64,000 bases of DNA from Prolixibacteraceae bacterium (GCA_028282705.1 JANQHI010000008.1:87644-151643), one strand, 5' to 3'. Positions 1 through 11,293 are shown, counted from the first letter of the stretch. The notes: a model not told the origin generated them from the letters alone. A program made the numbers and translations.

Positions 1-98
1 ATCACGCGCTCAAGGGCATGGTAATCTATCCCGAAATCTTTTTTAAAAGGTGTTATGAGTGCTACTCCTGCACCTGATCCTGTAAACTCCTGGCTCAT
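1..98 (-). CDS. dapA: 4-hydroxy-tetrahydrodipicolinate synthase, N-terminal fragment (the gene continues past the window start)
   Basis: Not in the ORF track because it runs off the edge. The minus-strand ATG at 98-96 translates to MSQEFTGSGAGVALITPFKKDFGIDYHALERV, the G-x-G-V-A-L-x-T-P-F opening typical of DapA. Its ATG overlaps the TGA of the upstream ORF (ATGA). Confidence 0.7.
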   Translation of the reverse strand, partial: MSQEFTGSGAGVALITPFKKDFGIDYHALERV

Positions 99-640
99 TG
101 GTTATTTATTTTTAATTTTTTCAAATAAAATAGCTGCTGTTCAGCTAAAAAAACAGGGTTTGGGTTTTTACTGATATCTATTGATAAATCAAAATATTGG
201 GTAAGTTTGCCTGTGCTTCCAATTTTAAACCTGGCTTTGGATAGGGCAGTGATTACCTCCATTGGGAAACTTTCATCCAATGAAATATTCATCAATAAGT
301 CAAATTCAGTATTTATAAAGCCTTCTGCCACTTGTGATTTTGGGAATCCTAACCAGTTTGTTTCTTTTGGGTTGAAAGAGTTTTCCAAAGTCCCTTCATG
401 CCCATCATTAAAACAAAGGGTTGTTATTTCAAATTCTTTCCTGTCAAATTTTTTTAGCAAGAAAGAAAGGGCTTCTTCATTTCCTGTATCCCACAATATG
501 CCAATGCTTTTAGCTTTTTCAAAATTGAAAACAGAAATATCCCTCTTCAGGCTTTTAACCCTTTTTTTAAGGATGCTATTGGCATATGTTGTTTTGAAAC
601 CCATAAAACTTGGGTAAAAATAGTAAAAAGAAGCAACCAC
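95..640 (-). CDS. Conserved hypothetical protein, about 170-181 aa
   Basis: An ORF lying between ligA and dapA on the same strand, with its stop overlapping the dapA start. I recognise no catalytic motif. The start could be Met13 at 604. Confidence 0.55.
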   Translation of the reverse strand: MVASFYYFYPSFMGFKTTYANSILKKRVKSLKRDISVFNFEKAKSIGILWDTGNEEALSFLLKKFDRKEFEITTLCFNDGHEGTLENSFNPKETNWLGFPKSQVAEGFINTEFDLLMNISLDESFPMEVITALSKARFKIGSTGKLTQYFDLSIDISKNPNPVFLAEQQLFYLKKLKINNQ

Positions 641-689
641 CCCTTACCATTAGCTGGCATTAATATAAATTGATAATAAAAAAGAAAGG

Positions 690-2732
<2,043 letters not shown>

Positions 2733-2965
2733 TTAGGTTTTCATCTGTTTAAAAATTTTTGATTTCTGAATGTTTAAAAATTTTGAATACATTCAGGAAC
2801 TCACATAAATTTTAATCATTCTCTTTTGTGAATTTGGAATGTTGAAAATTCATGTTTGTCTTATTATTGTTATTCATTTTATAAACACCCATACAGCCCT
2901 TGTGTTTAAAAGCTCTGACTACCAAAGATTTTTGGGCTAAGGCCTATTATTTACCCTATTCTGAT

Positions 2966-2973
2966 TACATTTG
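2966..2973 (+). promoter_or_regulatory. Bacteroidota-type -7 promoter element TACATTTG
   Basis: Exact match to TAnnTTTG, 22 nt upstream of the ATG at 2995. It overlaps the track's TTG start at 2971, which argues for the ATG start. Confidence 0.45.
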
Positions 2974-2994
2974 TTAGAAATAAATTTTCAAACT

Positions 2995-4455
2995 ATGGTT
3001 AAAAAAGTAGTTAAGTATTTCCTGTATATATTTATCCTGTTGCTAATTGCATTGGTTTTAAAGACTGCCTTTTATACTTCAAAACAGGTTAATATTAAGA
3101 ATGTTGAAATAGCTGGTGTTTCTGAGTCTAGTGTTGCTCATTTGGGTATGGCAATTGGTTTTAAAACTATTTCTAATATGGATAATAATTTGGTAGATAC
3201 AGCAGTTTTTAGGGCTTTTCATTCTTTCCTGGAAACAGCTTACCCATTGGTTCATCAAAATATGGGAAAAGAGCTGTTCAACCATTCAGCATTATTATAT
3301 AAAATTGAGGGCAGTAATAAGAGCCTGAAGCCCATAGTTTTACTGGCACATCAGGATGTAGTCCCAGTGGTTGAAGAAGAATGGGATGAAGCCCCATTTT
3401 CAGGGAAAATTGAGAATGGTGTCATTTGGGGTAGGGGTGCTTTGGATAACAAAGGCAGCCTTATTGCCATTATGGAGGCTATGGAAATGCTTTTCAACCT
3501 GGGGTTCCAGCCTGAACGCACAACCTACCTGGCTTTTGGTGATGATGAAGAAGTGGGTGGAAATGGGGCAATAGCCATGGCTGCTGAACTGGAGAAAAGA
3601 GGGGTAGATGCAGAAATGGTATTGGATGAAGGGATGGTAATAACCAAGGGGATAGTTCCCATGATAGAACAGCCTGTGGCTACCATCGGGACTTCTGAAA
3701 AAGGGTACCTCACTGTAGAATTGGCATGCAAATATGAAGGGGGGCACTCTTCTATGCCTAATGCTGAAACTGCTATAAGCATTTTATCTAATGCCATTGT
3801 TAAGGTAACAGAAAACAGGCCTGCTGCTACTTTTACCCAGCCTGTAAATGATTTTATGGGGTTTATTGGTCCTGAAATCTCCTGGCCTGCAAGGGTAGTA
3901 TTTGCCAATAAATGGCTACTGGGAGGGATTTTGAAAGGGATTTATACCAGCTCTAGTCCAGGAAATGCTACTGTTAGGACAACCACAGCCCCAACCATGG
4001 TATCAGGAGGCATAAAAGATAATGTGCTGCCAACTACAGCAAAAGCTACCATTAATTTCAGGTTGCTGCCCAATATTTCAACTGATGAGTTGGTAAAATA
4101 CCTTAGAAAAGTTATTGATGATTGGCGTGTTGATATTACTGTATTGGAAGGGGCAAGGGAACCAGCCCCTGTTTCCAGTGTTGAAACCTATGCTTTTAGT
4201 ACCATACAAAAAACAGTGGGGCAGGTATTTGAAGGAACATTGGTTGCCCCAACCCTTATGCTTGGGTCATCTGACAGTAGGCATTATAGCAAAGTTTCAA
4301 AAAATATATACAGGTTTGCCCCTTACCAGTTGAGAAATGAAGACCTGGCAACCATCCATGGAGCTAATGAAAAGATCAGCATTGAGAATTACCAGGCAAT
4401 GATCAGGTTCTATTACCAATTAATAAAAAATATGCAAGTTGCTGAACAAAAATAG
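2995..4455 (+). CDS. M20/M25/M40 family metallopeptidase (carboxypeptidase-S-like) with an N-terminal membrane anchor
   Basis: Motifs LLAHQDVVP, GRGALDNKG and GDDEEVGG, plus a C-terminal dimerisation region. The N-terminus is hydrophobic (YFLYIFILLLIALVL). The start is moved to the first ATG, Met9 of the track ORF. Confidence 0.88.
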   Translation: MVKKVVKYFLYIFILLLIALVLKTAFYTSKQVNIKNVEIAGVSESSVAHLGMAIGFKTISNMDNNLVDTAVFRAFHSFLETAYPLVHQNMGKELFNHSALLYKIEGSNKSLKPIVLLAHQDVVPVVEEEWDEAPFSGKIENGVIWGRGALDNKGSLIAIMEAMEMLFNLGFQPERTTYLAFGDDEEVGGNGAIAMAAELEKRGVDAEMVLDEGMVITKGIVPMIEQPVATIGTSEKGYLTVELACKYEGGHSSMPNAETAISILSNAIVKVTENRPAATFTQPVNDFMGFIGPEISWPARVVFANKWLLGGILKGIYTSSSPGNATVRTTTAPTMVSGGIKDNVLPTTAKATINFRLLPNISTDELVKYLRKVIDDWRVDITVLEGAREPAPVSSVETYAFSTIQKTVGQVFEGTLVAPTLMLGSSDSRHYSKVSKNIYRFAPYQLRNEDLATIHGANEKISIENYQAMIRFYYQLIKNMQVAEQK

Positions 4456-4516
4456 GGGGGAATTACTTTCTGTATAAGATAATAAGAAATGGGGGTTTAA
4501 CTTAATATTTGAGAAG

Positions 4517-5098
4517 ATGGCTTATACATTGAACATAGGGGAGAAGGCTCCTTCATTTAGCCTTCGTGCAACTGATGGGAAAAAATATTCATTAGATAGC
4601 TTCAAGGATTCCAGGTTCCTGGTTGTTTTTTTTACCTGCAACCACTGCCCATATGTAATTGGTAGTGATGAGGTAACCAGGCAGACAGTTGAGAAGTTCC
4701 AGGGCAAAAGGGTTGCTTTTGTTGGTATAAACTCAAACAGTGCCAATACCTATGAGGTTGATGGGTTTGAATACATGGTGCAAAGGATGGAAGAACACAA
4801 ATTCCCATGGGTTTACCTGTATGATGAAACACAGGAGGTGGTTTCACAATATGGTGGCTTAAAAACACCTCATTTTTTTGTGTTTAATGAAGACAGGGAA
4901 TTGGTATATACTGGCAGAGGGGTAGATTCACCCAGGGATACTGCAAGGGTCACTGTAAATGACCTGGAAAGGGCATTGGATGAATTGACTTCAGAACAAC
5001 CTGTTTCAGTTCCTTTGACCAACCCCATTGGGTGCAACATAAAATGGGAAGGGAAAGAAAAACACTGGATGCCACCAGAAGCTTGTGACTTGGTTTAA
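4517..5098 (+). CDS. Thioredoxin-fold protein (AhpC/TSA-like, CxxC)
   Basis: 193 aa. [10 protein letters not shown] carries a CxxC motif in an AhpC/TSA-type context. Confidence 0.82.
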   Translation: MAYTLNIGEKAPSFSLRATDGKKYSLDSFKDSRFLVVFFTCNHCPYVIGSDEVTRQTVEKFQGKRVAFVGINSNSANTYEVDGFEYMVQRMEEHKFPWVYLYDETQEVVSQYGGLKTPHFFVFNEDRELVYTGRGVDSPRDTARVTVNDLERALDELTSEQPVSVPLTNPIGCNIKWEGKEKHWMPPEACDLV

Positions 5099-5102
5099 AG
5101 GG

Positions 5103-5585
5103 TCAACCTACTATCAGTTTTTCAAAAAACTGCCAGGCCATCATCCCTGAAACAATCAGTTTTAAAAGAGTCCCTATTAGGAAACCCATAAAAGAACCAA
5201 ATCCTGACTTCAAGGCTGCTGATGAGTCTTTCCCTGATGATAATTCGCCAACCACAGCCCCAACAAATGGGCCTATAATGATACCAAATGGAGGGAAAAA
5301 GATCAATCCAAGGAGTAGCCCAATGATGCTGCCATAAACCCCTCTTTTGCTTCCTCCAAATTTTTTGGTGCCCCAGGCTGGGATAATGTAGTCCAGGAAG
5401 TAAACCACAGCAGTTACAATCCCCCAAATTAACAGGAACCTTCCTGAAAAATCATACTTTGATGTAAAGTGGAGCAATAACAAACCTGCATAACTCAATG
5501 GTGGTCCGGGGATAATGGGAAGCACACCTCCTAATATACCTAAAATAATGAGGATAACACCAAATGCAATTAATACATAATCCAT
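5103..5585 (-). CDS. DUF456-like small integral membrane protein
   Basis: 160 aa and almost entirely hydrophobic, with Gly-rich helices (GPFVGAVVGEL). The layout is typical of the DUF456 family. Confidence 0.7.
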   Translation of the reverse strand: MDYVLIAFGVILIILGILGGVLPIIPGPPLSYAGLLLLHFTSKYDFSGRFLLIWGIVTAVVYFLDYIIPAWGTKKFGGSKRGVYGSIIGLLLGLIFFPPFGIIIGPFVGAVVGELSSGKDSSAALKSGFGSFMGFLIGTLLKLIVSGMMAWQFFEKLIVG

Positions 5586-5587
5586 AA

Positions 5588-6406
5588 TTATTGTTTTTTT
5601 ACTTTTTTCCTTTTAATACTTAAGAGGTAGATCAACACAATTGAGAACAGCATAAGAAGCCCACTTGTTTTAAGCAAGTCCTGTTTTTCCATCAACATAA
5701 GTGGGTGGGTTTTTACTTCTGCCCAAAAAGTAATAGTCAGCAATACCAGCAAGTTATTTAATGCATGGATAATTATGCTCAATATGATGTTTTTTGTGCG
5801 AACCATAACCCAACCTAAAAGCAAGCCCAATATAAAAGTAGCAGGGAATTGCCATGGGTTCAGGTGGAACAAGGCAAACAAAAGGGCAGAAAAAAAGATG
5901 GCTATAAACTTTGGGTAATTCCTCATAAAGCCGTACATGATAATACCTCTGAAGATCAACTCTTCTACTATGGGAGCAATAACCACAACTTTTACCAAAG
6001 CCCCCAGCCATCCATAATCACTTTCAAATATCCTGTTGAACAATTCCCAAAACCATGGTGGTGGTGGGATGGCTTTTTCAACATGCATATTTATTTCCTC
6101 TAGCAAAATATGGTCAGCCATCAAAAAAAGAACCACTGGCACCAATAACAGAGGGTTGAAAAATTTCATTGGGAAAACTTCCAATACTTTGCTTTTTGAC
6201 TTCCTCAACCCATAAATTAAAATAAATAGTACTGACCCAATGCCAAGCACTATTTTTTTAACAGGGTTATATAAGTATTCAGTGTCATTGTAATAATCAA
6301 GGATTGCTAAAGGGAAATCAACAATAGTTTGGATAAATATATATAATATGACCAAGTGTGCTGCCTGAAGGATAGTTGGGTAATATTTCTGCCTATAATT
6401 GTCCAA
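5588..6406 (-). CDS. CPBP (CAAX) family intramembrane glutamic protease
   Basis: Motifs EELIFRG, FALFHL and IIHALNN are embedded in a multi-TM protein. It starts 3 nt from the downstream DUF456 gene. Confidence 0.85.
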   Translation of the reverse strand: MDNYRQKYYPTILQAAHLVILYIFIQTIVDFPLAILDYYNDTEYLYNPVKKIVLGIGSVLFILIYGLRKSKSKVLEVFPMKFFNPLLLVPVVLFLMADHILLEEINMHVEKAIPPPPWFWELFNRIFESDYGWLGALVKVVVIAPIVEELIFRGIIMYGFMRNYPKFIAIFFSALLFALFHLNPWQFPATFILGLLLGWVMVRTKNIILSIIIHALNNLLVLLTITFWAEVKTHPLMLMEKQDLLKTSGLLMLFSIVLIYLLSIKRKKVKKQ

Positions 6407-6719
6407 TTATTTGCTTTTTACAAATGTGTTAAAAATAAGCTTCTTTTTTTAAAGTAAAAACAATTATAAGAAACATCAGCAGTGTGGATAACCTTCTTAT
6501 GTTTACTTTGCAGCTGGTCTGCTTTTTGAGTGTGTGGTACAGGGAAGAAAGAGCATGATTTGACATGCCATATTTGATGGTTGCCTAAATTGCTAACATT
6601 AAATTGTTTATACAATTGCAAAAAACTTCAACAACAGCTTGATTTTTTAGTCAAAATGTATTTATTTTGCGAACCGTTTGAAGAGCGTGTGAGTAATTTG
6701 AAAAGAAATTAAAGAAAAA

Positions 6720-6962
6720 ATGTCAAAAGTTTGTCAAATAACAGGTAAAAAAGCCATGGTTGGGAACAACGTTTCCCACTCAAAAAGGCGTACCAAAAGA
6801 AGGTTTAATGTAAACTTATTCAAAAAGAGGTTTTACATCCAGGAAGAAGACCGTTGGGTTTCTCTGGTTGTTTCAGCAGCAGGCATGCGCACAATCAATA
6901 AAGTGGGTATCTTGAAAGCATTGACTGTAGCAAAAGAAAAAGGTTTAGTTAGTAAAATTTAA
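6720..6962 (+). CDS. rpmB: 50S ribosomal protein L28
   Basis: [33 protein letters not shown] is the canonical L28 N-terminus. Confidence 0.95.
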   Translation: MSKVCQITGKKAMVGNNVSHSKRRTKRRFNVNLFKKRFYIQEEDRWVSLVVSAAGMRTINKVGILKALTVAKEKGLVSKI

Positions 6963-6973
6963 AGACCAAGATA

Positions 6974-7156
6974 ATGGCAAAGAAAGGAAACAGGGTTCAG
7001 GTTATTTTAGAATGTACTGAGCATAAAGATAGTGGTGTTCCAGGGACTTCAAGGTATATCACCACAAAAAACAGGAAAAATACCCCTGACCGCCTGGAAT
7101 TGAAAAAATATAACAGGATTCTTAAGAAAGTTACTGTTCATAAAGAAATTAAATAA
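6974..7156 (+). CDS. rpmG: 50S ribosomal protein L33
   Basis: [18 protein letters not shown]...[20 protein letters not shown] is a canonical L33 sequence. Confidence 0.95.
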   Translation: MAKKGNRVQVILECTEHKDSGVPGTSRYITTKNRKNTPDRLELKKYNRILKKVTVHKEIK

Positions 7157-7164
7157 CATTTATT

Positions 7165-7317
7165 ATGGCAAAGAAAGCAGTTGCATCATTACAGAAAGGG
7201 GCAGGTAAAGGTTTTGCTAAAGTTATCAAAATGGTAAAATCGCATAAAACTGGAGCTTACACATTCAAGGAAGAAATGATTCCTAATGATGATGTAAAAG
7301 GATATTTCAAAAAGTAA
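7165..7317 (+). CDS. DUF4295-type 50-aa basic protein
   Basis: Below the track's size cutoff. ATG at 7165 and TAA at 7315-7317 give MAKKAVASLQKGAGKGFAKVIKMVKSHKTGAYTFKEEMIPNDDVKGYFKK. It sits directly after rpmB-rpmG, as this family does in Bacteroidota, and a terminator follows it. Confidence 0.75.
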   Translation: MAKKAVASLQKGAGKGFAKVIKMVKSHKTGAYTFKEEMIPNDDVKGYFKK

Positions 7318-7340
7318 GGTACTACATCTCATCATATATT

Positions 7341-7378
7341 AAAAGCTTTCATTTAACATGAGAGCTTTTTTTATTTTT
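7341..7378 (+). terminator. Rho-independent terminator of the rpmB-rpmG-DUF4295 unit
   Basis: AAAAGCTTTC / GAGAGCTTTT forms a 10-bp stem with one G-U pair and a 9-nt loop, followed by a T-run. Confidence 0.65.
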
Positions 7379-7433
7379 TATTTACATAGGTAAAAGAAAA
7401 AGTTGTTAATTTGTGCCTGATATACGTGAAGTT

Positions 7434-8390
7434 ATGGGTTTATTTGGAAGTTTTACCAGTAAAAAGAAAGAAAGCCTTGACCAAGGCTTGTCAAAAACAA
7501 AAGAAAGTGTTTTTAAAAAACTGGGAAGGGCTGTTGTAGGAAAATCAAAAGTTGATGATGAAGTACTTGATAACCTGGAAGAAGCACTGATCAGTTCTGA
7601 TGTGGGCGTGGATACAACCATCAAGATCATTGAGCGTATTGAAGCACGTGTATCAAAAGACAAATACCTGGGAGTTGCTGAGTTAAATGTTATCCTGAAA
7701 GAAGAAATAGCTGCCCTCCTTGAAGAAAATAACAGTGATGATGTTTCTGATTTTGACCTTCCCGAAAAGGATGCCCCATATGTAATCATGGTAGTTGGGG
7801 TAAATGGGGTTGGCAAAACTACGACCATTGGGAAGTTGGCACATAATTTTAAAATGGCAGGCAAAAAAGTTGTCCTTGGGGCTGCAGACACATTCAGGGC
7901 TGCTGCTATAGACCAGCTCCAGATATGGGCTGATAGGGTGGATGTACCCATTGTTAAGCAAAACATGGGGGCTGACCCTGCTTCAGTGGCTTATGATGCT
8001 TTATCTTCAGCAAAATCAAATGGGGCTGATGTAGTGATCATTGATACTGCTGGTAGGTTGCATAACAAAATAAACCTAATGAATGAGCTTTCAAAAATTA
8101 AAAAAGTAATGCAGAAGGTTATACCAGATGCTCCCAATGAAGTATTACTTATTTTAGATGGCTCAACAGGGCAAAATGCCTTTGAGCAAGCCAAACAATT
8201 TACAAAAGCAACTGATGTTACTGCAATGGCACTTACAAAACTTGATGGTACAGCCAAAGGTGGGGTAGTGCTGGGCATATCTGACCAGTTTAAAATACCT
8301 GTGAAGTACATTGGGATTGGCGAAAAAATTGAGGACCTTCAAATTTTTAGGAGGAAAGAATTTGTTGAGACCCTATTCTCTGCTCAATAA
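7434..8390 (+). CDS. ftsY: Signal recognition particle receptor FtsY
   Basis: SRP54-type GTPase motifs GVNGVGKTTT, DTAGR and TKLDG. The start is set at the ATG (MGLFGSF...); the track start at 7413 is GTG. Confidence 0.95.
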   Translation: MGLFGSFTSKKKESLDQGLSKTKESVFKKLGRAVVGKSKVDDEVLDNLEEALISSDVGVDTTIKIIERIEARVSKDKYLGVAELNVILKEEIAALLEENNSDDVSDFDLPEKDAPYVIMVVGVNGVGKTTTIGKLAHNFKMAGKKVVLGAADTFRAAAIDQLQIWADRVDVPIVKQNMGADPASVAYDALSSAKSNGADVVIIDTAGRLHNKINLMNELSKIKKVMQKVIPDAPNEVLLILDGSTGQNAFEQAKQFTKATDVTAMALTKLDGTAKGGVVLGISDQFKIPVKYIGIGEKIEDLQIFRRKEFVETLFSAQ

Positions 8391-8578
8391 CAATAAGTTA
8401 TAATATATAGGCAATAGTACTTTTCTTAGAAAAACCTGGTGATCGGCATCTGTTTGGGCAATGCACTGGCAATTGTTAATTTTGTTTTATATCCTCTTAC
8501 TCCTTTTTTACAGGGTCTGGAAAATTATCCTTAATTTTATACACATTAGCATTGAACTAAAGGTAACCTGGTCAACCC

Positions 8579-9634
8579 ATGAAGAAACTGTTAGCCATTG
8601 ATGATAATAAAATCAACCTTCAATACATTTATGAGATACTGGATAAGAATTTTCCTGAATATGAGATATTGTTGTCAGAATCTGGGCATGAGGGGATAAA
8701 GCTAGCCAGAGAATCAAAACCTGAAATCATTTTGCTTGATATCCTTATGCCTGAAATAGATGGTTTTGAAGTCATTAACAGGTTAAAAAAAGATGAAGAG
8801 ACAAGGAGGATACCTATTTTATTGATCTCAGCTTTAGGGCAGGATACAAAGATCAGGATAAAGGGATTCAATACTGGTGCTGATGCATTCCTTACCAAAC
8901 CTTTCAACCAGTTTGAAATGATAGCTCAGGTGAATGTATTATTAAGGATAAAAAATGCTGAAGATTTATTAAGGAAATTAAATTCCCAACTGTCAATTGT
9001 TGAAGAAAAAGAACGCAGGAGGATTGCAGAAAACCTTCATGATAGCTTAGGGCAAACATTATCACTGGCTTTTATGAAGCTTTCATCACTTGCCAATGAG
9101 AATTTTTCACCAGGTATCCATAAAACCATCCTTGAATCTTCAGAGCTCCTGCACAAAGCAATTACTGAATCAAGAGCATTGACATATGACCTTAGCCCAC
9201 CTATTCTATATGAATTGGGTTTAATACCTGCCATAAAGTGGAAATTGAGCCAGTTGGAAGAGAGGTATGGGTTGGTTACTAAATTTGAAAGTATTGAATT
9301 AGAAAATAACTTCTCAAAAGATATTGAAATAGTAGTTTACAGGATTGTAAATGAACTACTCTCAAATATTGTAAAGCATGCAAAAGCCAATACTGTATAT
9401 GTGGGGACAGAAGCAAGGAATACAAGCTATATATTATCTATTGAAGATGATGGTAAGGGGTTTCAGTATGACCCAAAACTGGCCTTAAAGAAAGAAGCAG
9501 GTTTTGGCTTAATAAGTATTAAAGAGCGCCTAACAACCATTGGAGGAAGGCTTGAAATTGATTCCAGTGAAGGGAAAGGCACAAAAGCAATTGTTATTTT
9601 ACCAAATTTGAAAAATACAGGGTATGTCAATTAA
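8579..9634 (+). CDS. Hybrid receiver domain plus HisKA_3/HATPase_c histidine kinase; soluble, with no sensor domain
   Basis: The N-terminal REC domain has ILLDILMPEIDG...TKP. The H-box is ENLHDSLGQTLS (NarX/DesK type). The ATPase N and G boxes are ELLSNIVKHA and DDGKGF...GFGL. I see no TM segment. Confidence 0.85.
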   Translation: MKKLLAIDDNKINLQYIYEILDKNFPEYEILLSESGHEGIKLARESKPEIILLDILMPEIDGFEVINRLKKDEETRRIPILLISALGQDTKIRIKGFNTGADAFLTKPFNQFEMIAQVNVLLRIKNAEDLLRKLNSQLSIVEEKERRRIAENLHDSLGQTLSLAFMKLSSLANENFSPGIHKTILESSELLHKAITESRALTYDLSPPILYELGLIPAIKWKLSQLEERYGLVTKFESIELENNFSKDIEIVVYRIVNELLSNIVKHAKANTVYVGTEARNTSYILSIEDDGKGFQYDPKLALKKEAGFGLISIKERLTTIGGRLEIDSSEGKGTKAIVILPNLKNTGYVN

Positions 9635-10271
9635 ATTATTGGTTGCCGATGACCACCAACTTTTTAGGGAAGGGTTGGTGAATTTGCTTTCAGGTTCAAA
9701 TGATGTTGAAATAGTTGGCCAGGCACAAGATGGAAATGAGGCTATCCAAAAAGCCAAGGAGCTAAAACCAGATGTAATACTGATGGATATTGGCATGCCA
9801 GGGGTTAATGGTATTGATGCTACTAAAGAATTAAAAAATAGTTTGCCATCAGCAAAGGTAATAGCCCTTTCAATGCATTCTGACAAACAATTTATTAATG
9901 GTATGCTTGAGGCTGGGGCATCAGGGTACATGTTGAAAAATAGTACTTACAACCAAGTGATTGAGGCTATTACTACTGTAAATGCAGGAAATAAATACCT
10001 AAGTGGCGAGGTTGCAGATATTGTAATACACGATTACCTTGGGAAGAAAAAAGCAGGAGAAGATGAGCAGGTTATCTTATCTGAAAGGGAATCAGAAATC
10101 CTTTTAATGTTTGCAGAAGGTTTTACTACTAGGGAAATATCAGATAAGCTGTTCATCAGTGTTAAAACAGTGGGGACACATAAGCAAAAAATCCTGGAAA
10201 AGCTAAACCTCCACAATACTGCAGATATTGTTAAATATGCAATTAAAAAAGGATTAATTACATTGGAATAA
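9624..10271 (+). CDS. NarL/FixJ (LuxR-type) response regulator
   Basis: A REC domain (VILMDIGMPGVNG) plus a C-terminal GerE HTH (LSERESEILLMFAEGFTTREISDKLFISVKTVGTHKQKI). It overlaps the upstream kinase by 11 nt. Confidence 0.92.
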   Translation: MSIKLLVADDHQLFREGLVNLLSGSNDVEIVGQAQDGNEAIQKAKELKPDVILMDIGMPGVNGIDATKELKNSLPSAKVIALSMHSDKQFINGMLEAGASGYMLKNSTYNQVIEAITTVNAGNKYLSGEVADIVIHDYLGKKKAGEDEQVILSERESEILLMFAEGFTTREISDKLFISVKTVGTHKQKILEKLNLHNTADIVKYAIKKGLITLE

Positions 10272-10319
10272 AAGGCTTAAATTCTGCTTCAATTTATACC
10301 TGGGTAACATGGTGCCTAA

Positions 10320-10382
10320 TCAGCATTTTTAACCCTAAAATCAGCATTCTTAACCTTGTTTTCAGCATTTTGACTTCCATTT
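10320..10382 (+). repeat. Three tandem 21-nt units that start with TCAGCATT
   Basis: The units are TCAGCATTTTTAACCCTAAAA, TCAGCATTCTTAACCTTGTTT and TCAGCATTTTGACTTCCATTT, starting at 10320, 10341 and 10362. The period is exactly 21 nt. Confidence 0.7.
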
Positions 10383-10549
10383 ATTTTATAGATTTTGCTT
10401 TACTTTACAGTAGCGATTGATTAATAGAGTTGACAATAAATAGATCAAAGAAATTGTGGTTAGATAGGGGTAATTTAAGGGAGAGTATTTCATAGTTTTA
10501 GTTATTAGTTAGTTCTGTTAGTTAGATTTTAAAGGGAAATTAAGATTTC

Positions 10550-10585
10550 AACATCCTGGGAAGAGTTCTCAGGATGTTTCTTTTT
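10550..10585 (+). terminator. Strong rho-independent terminator, oriented on the plus strand
   Basis: A 13-bp stem (AACATCCTGGGAA / TTCTCAGGATGTT, one G-U pair) with a 3-nt loop, followed by TCTTTTT. The T-run is present only on the plus strand. Confidence 0.65.
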
Positions 10586-10591
10586 GGGGCA

Positions 10592-11221
10592 TTATCTTTT
10601 CCCTTCTTGTAAGCTGGTATTGTCTTTTGCCCCTAATTTATGATCAACATCAGTTACAATTTTCCAGTTTGATGATTCAGTGAAGCTTTTTATTAATGCT
10701 ATTGTTTCTGAAGCCTGGTTCCTGGCAATATTAAACAAGCTACTTTCTTCTGTTTTATTCCTGATATGCTCTTTTGCCCTTTGGTTTAAGAGGGTCAGGT
10801 CAGACTCTGAGAATTTATTGATAATCCCTTTTTTGATATCATAATATTCAATGTCAGTATCCAGGCTCAGGATTTGGGAATCAGGAAACTTTGATAAAAG
10901 TATGGTTTTGCTTTTTGGCTCAACTTTTATTGATATTCCTGATAGGTCAAAACCAACCATTACTTTGGCCTTGACTATTATCAGTGCTTTCTTTTCAAGT
11001 TGTACCAATTTGAATAACAAAGGTTTTTCATCGCGATGGGTAAGTATTTCTGAGAATTCCCCCTCAACAGTTATAAGCTTGCAAACTTGTTTAATTTTAT
11101 TTACTAAAACTGAAGATTGTTCTTTAATTAATTTGCCCTCTTTGGTTTTTGAGAAGTAATTGGTTATAAAAATGCCAGCAGCTAAACCAACTACAATACC
11201 TACAAGTAATATTGTTTCCAT
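10592..11221 (-). CDS. DUF4230-like membrane-anchored protein
   Basis: 209 aa with an N-terminal TM helix (ILLVGIVVGLAAGIFI). The KLITVEGEFSEI...VMVGFDLSGI pattern fits DUF4230. Confidence 0.6.
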   Translation of the reverse strand: METILLVGIVVGLAAGIFITNYFSKTKEGKLIKEQSSVLVNKIKQVCKLITVEGEFSEILTHRDEKPLLFKLVQLEKKALIIVKAKVMVGFDLSGISIKVEPKSKTILLSKFPDSQILSLDTDIEYYDIKKGIINKFSESDLTLLNQRAKEHIRNKTEESSLFNIARNQASETIALIKSFTESSNWKIVTDVDHKLGAKDNTSLQEGKR

Positions 11222-11293
11222 ATTTAATCCATATACTCAGGCTCTAAGTTAATTTAAAATAGCAGGATTACAATAAATTGGTAGCTGGTTGAT

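Noticed and set aside
207-617. A 136-aa plus-strand ORF, and many similar track ORFs nested antisense in or out of frame with larger genes. Examples are 1036-1431, 1771-2208, 7406-7966, 12751-13218, 31071-31568, 38524-39027, 42830-43276, 50976-51506 and 62572-63123.
   Set aside because: Each lies wholly inside a longer ORF that has clear family motifs (ligA, ftsY, secA, pyrD, lexA and others). Their translations are low-complexity or Ser/Leu/Pro-rich, as expected for antisense frames.
6483-6491. A perfect DnaA box (TGTGGATAA, the reverse complement of TTATCCACA). A second copy lies at 44782-44790.
   Set aside because: These are isolated single boxes, one of them inside a CDS. There is no cluster, no adjacent AT-rich unwinding element and no dnaA/dnaN nearby, so they are not evidence for oriC.
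6418-6621. A 67-aa minus-strand ORF between the CPBP gene and rpmB.
   Set aside because: It has no recognisable motif, occupies the rpmB promoter/leader region, and its composition is unlike the neighbouring genes.
10320-10382. The tandem 21-nt repeats, together with the 29-nt-phased GGTAATT motifs at 49202-49266, considered as a CRISPR array.
   Set aside because: The units are too short and degenerate. There are no unique spacers of CRISPR length and no cas genes in the window.
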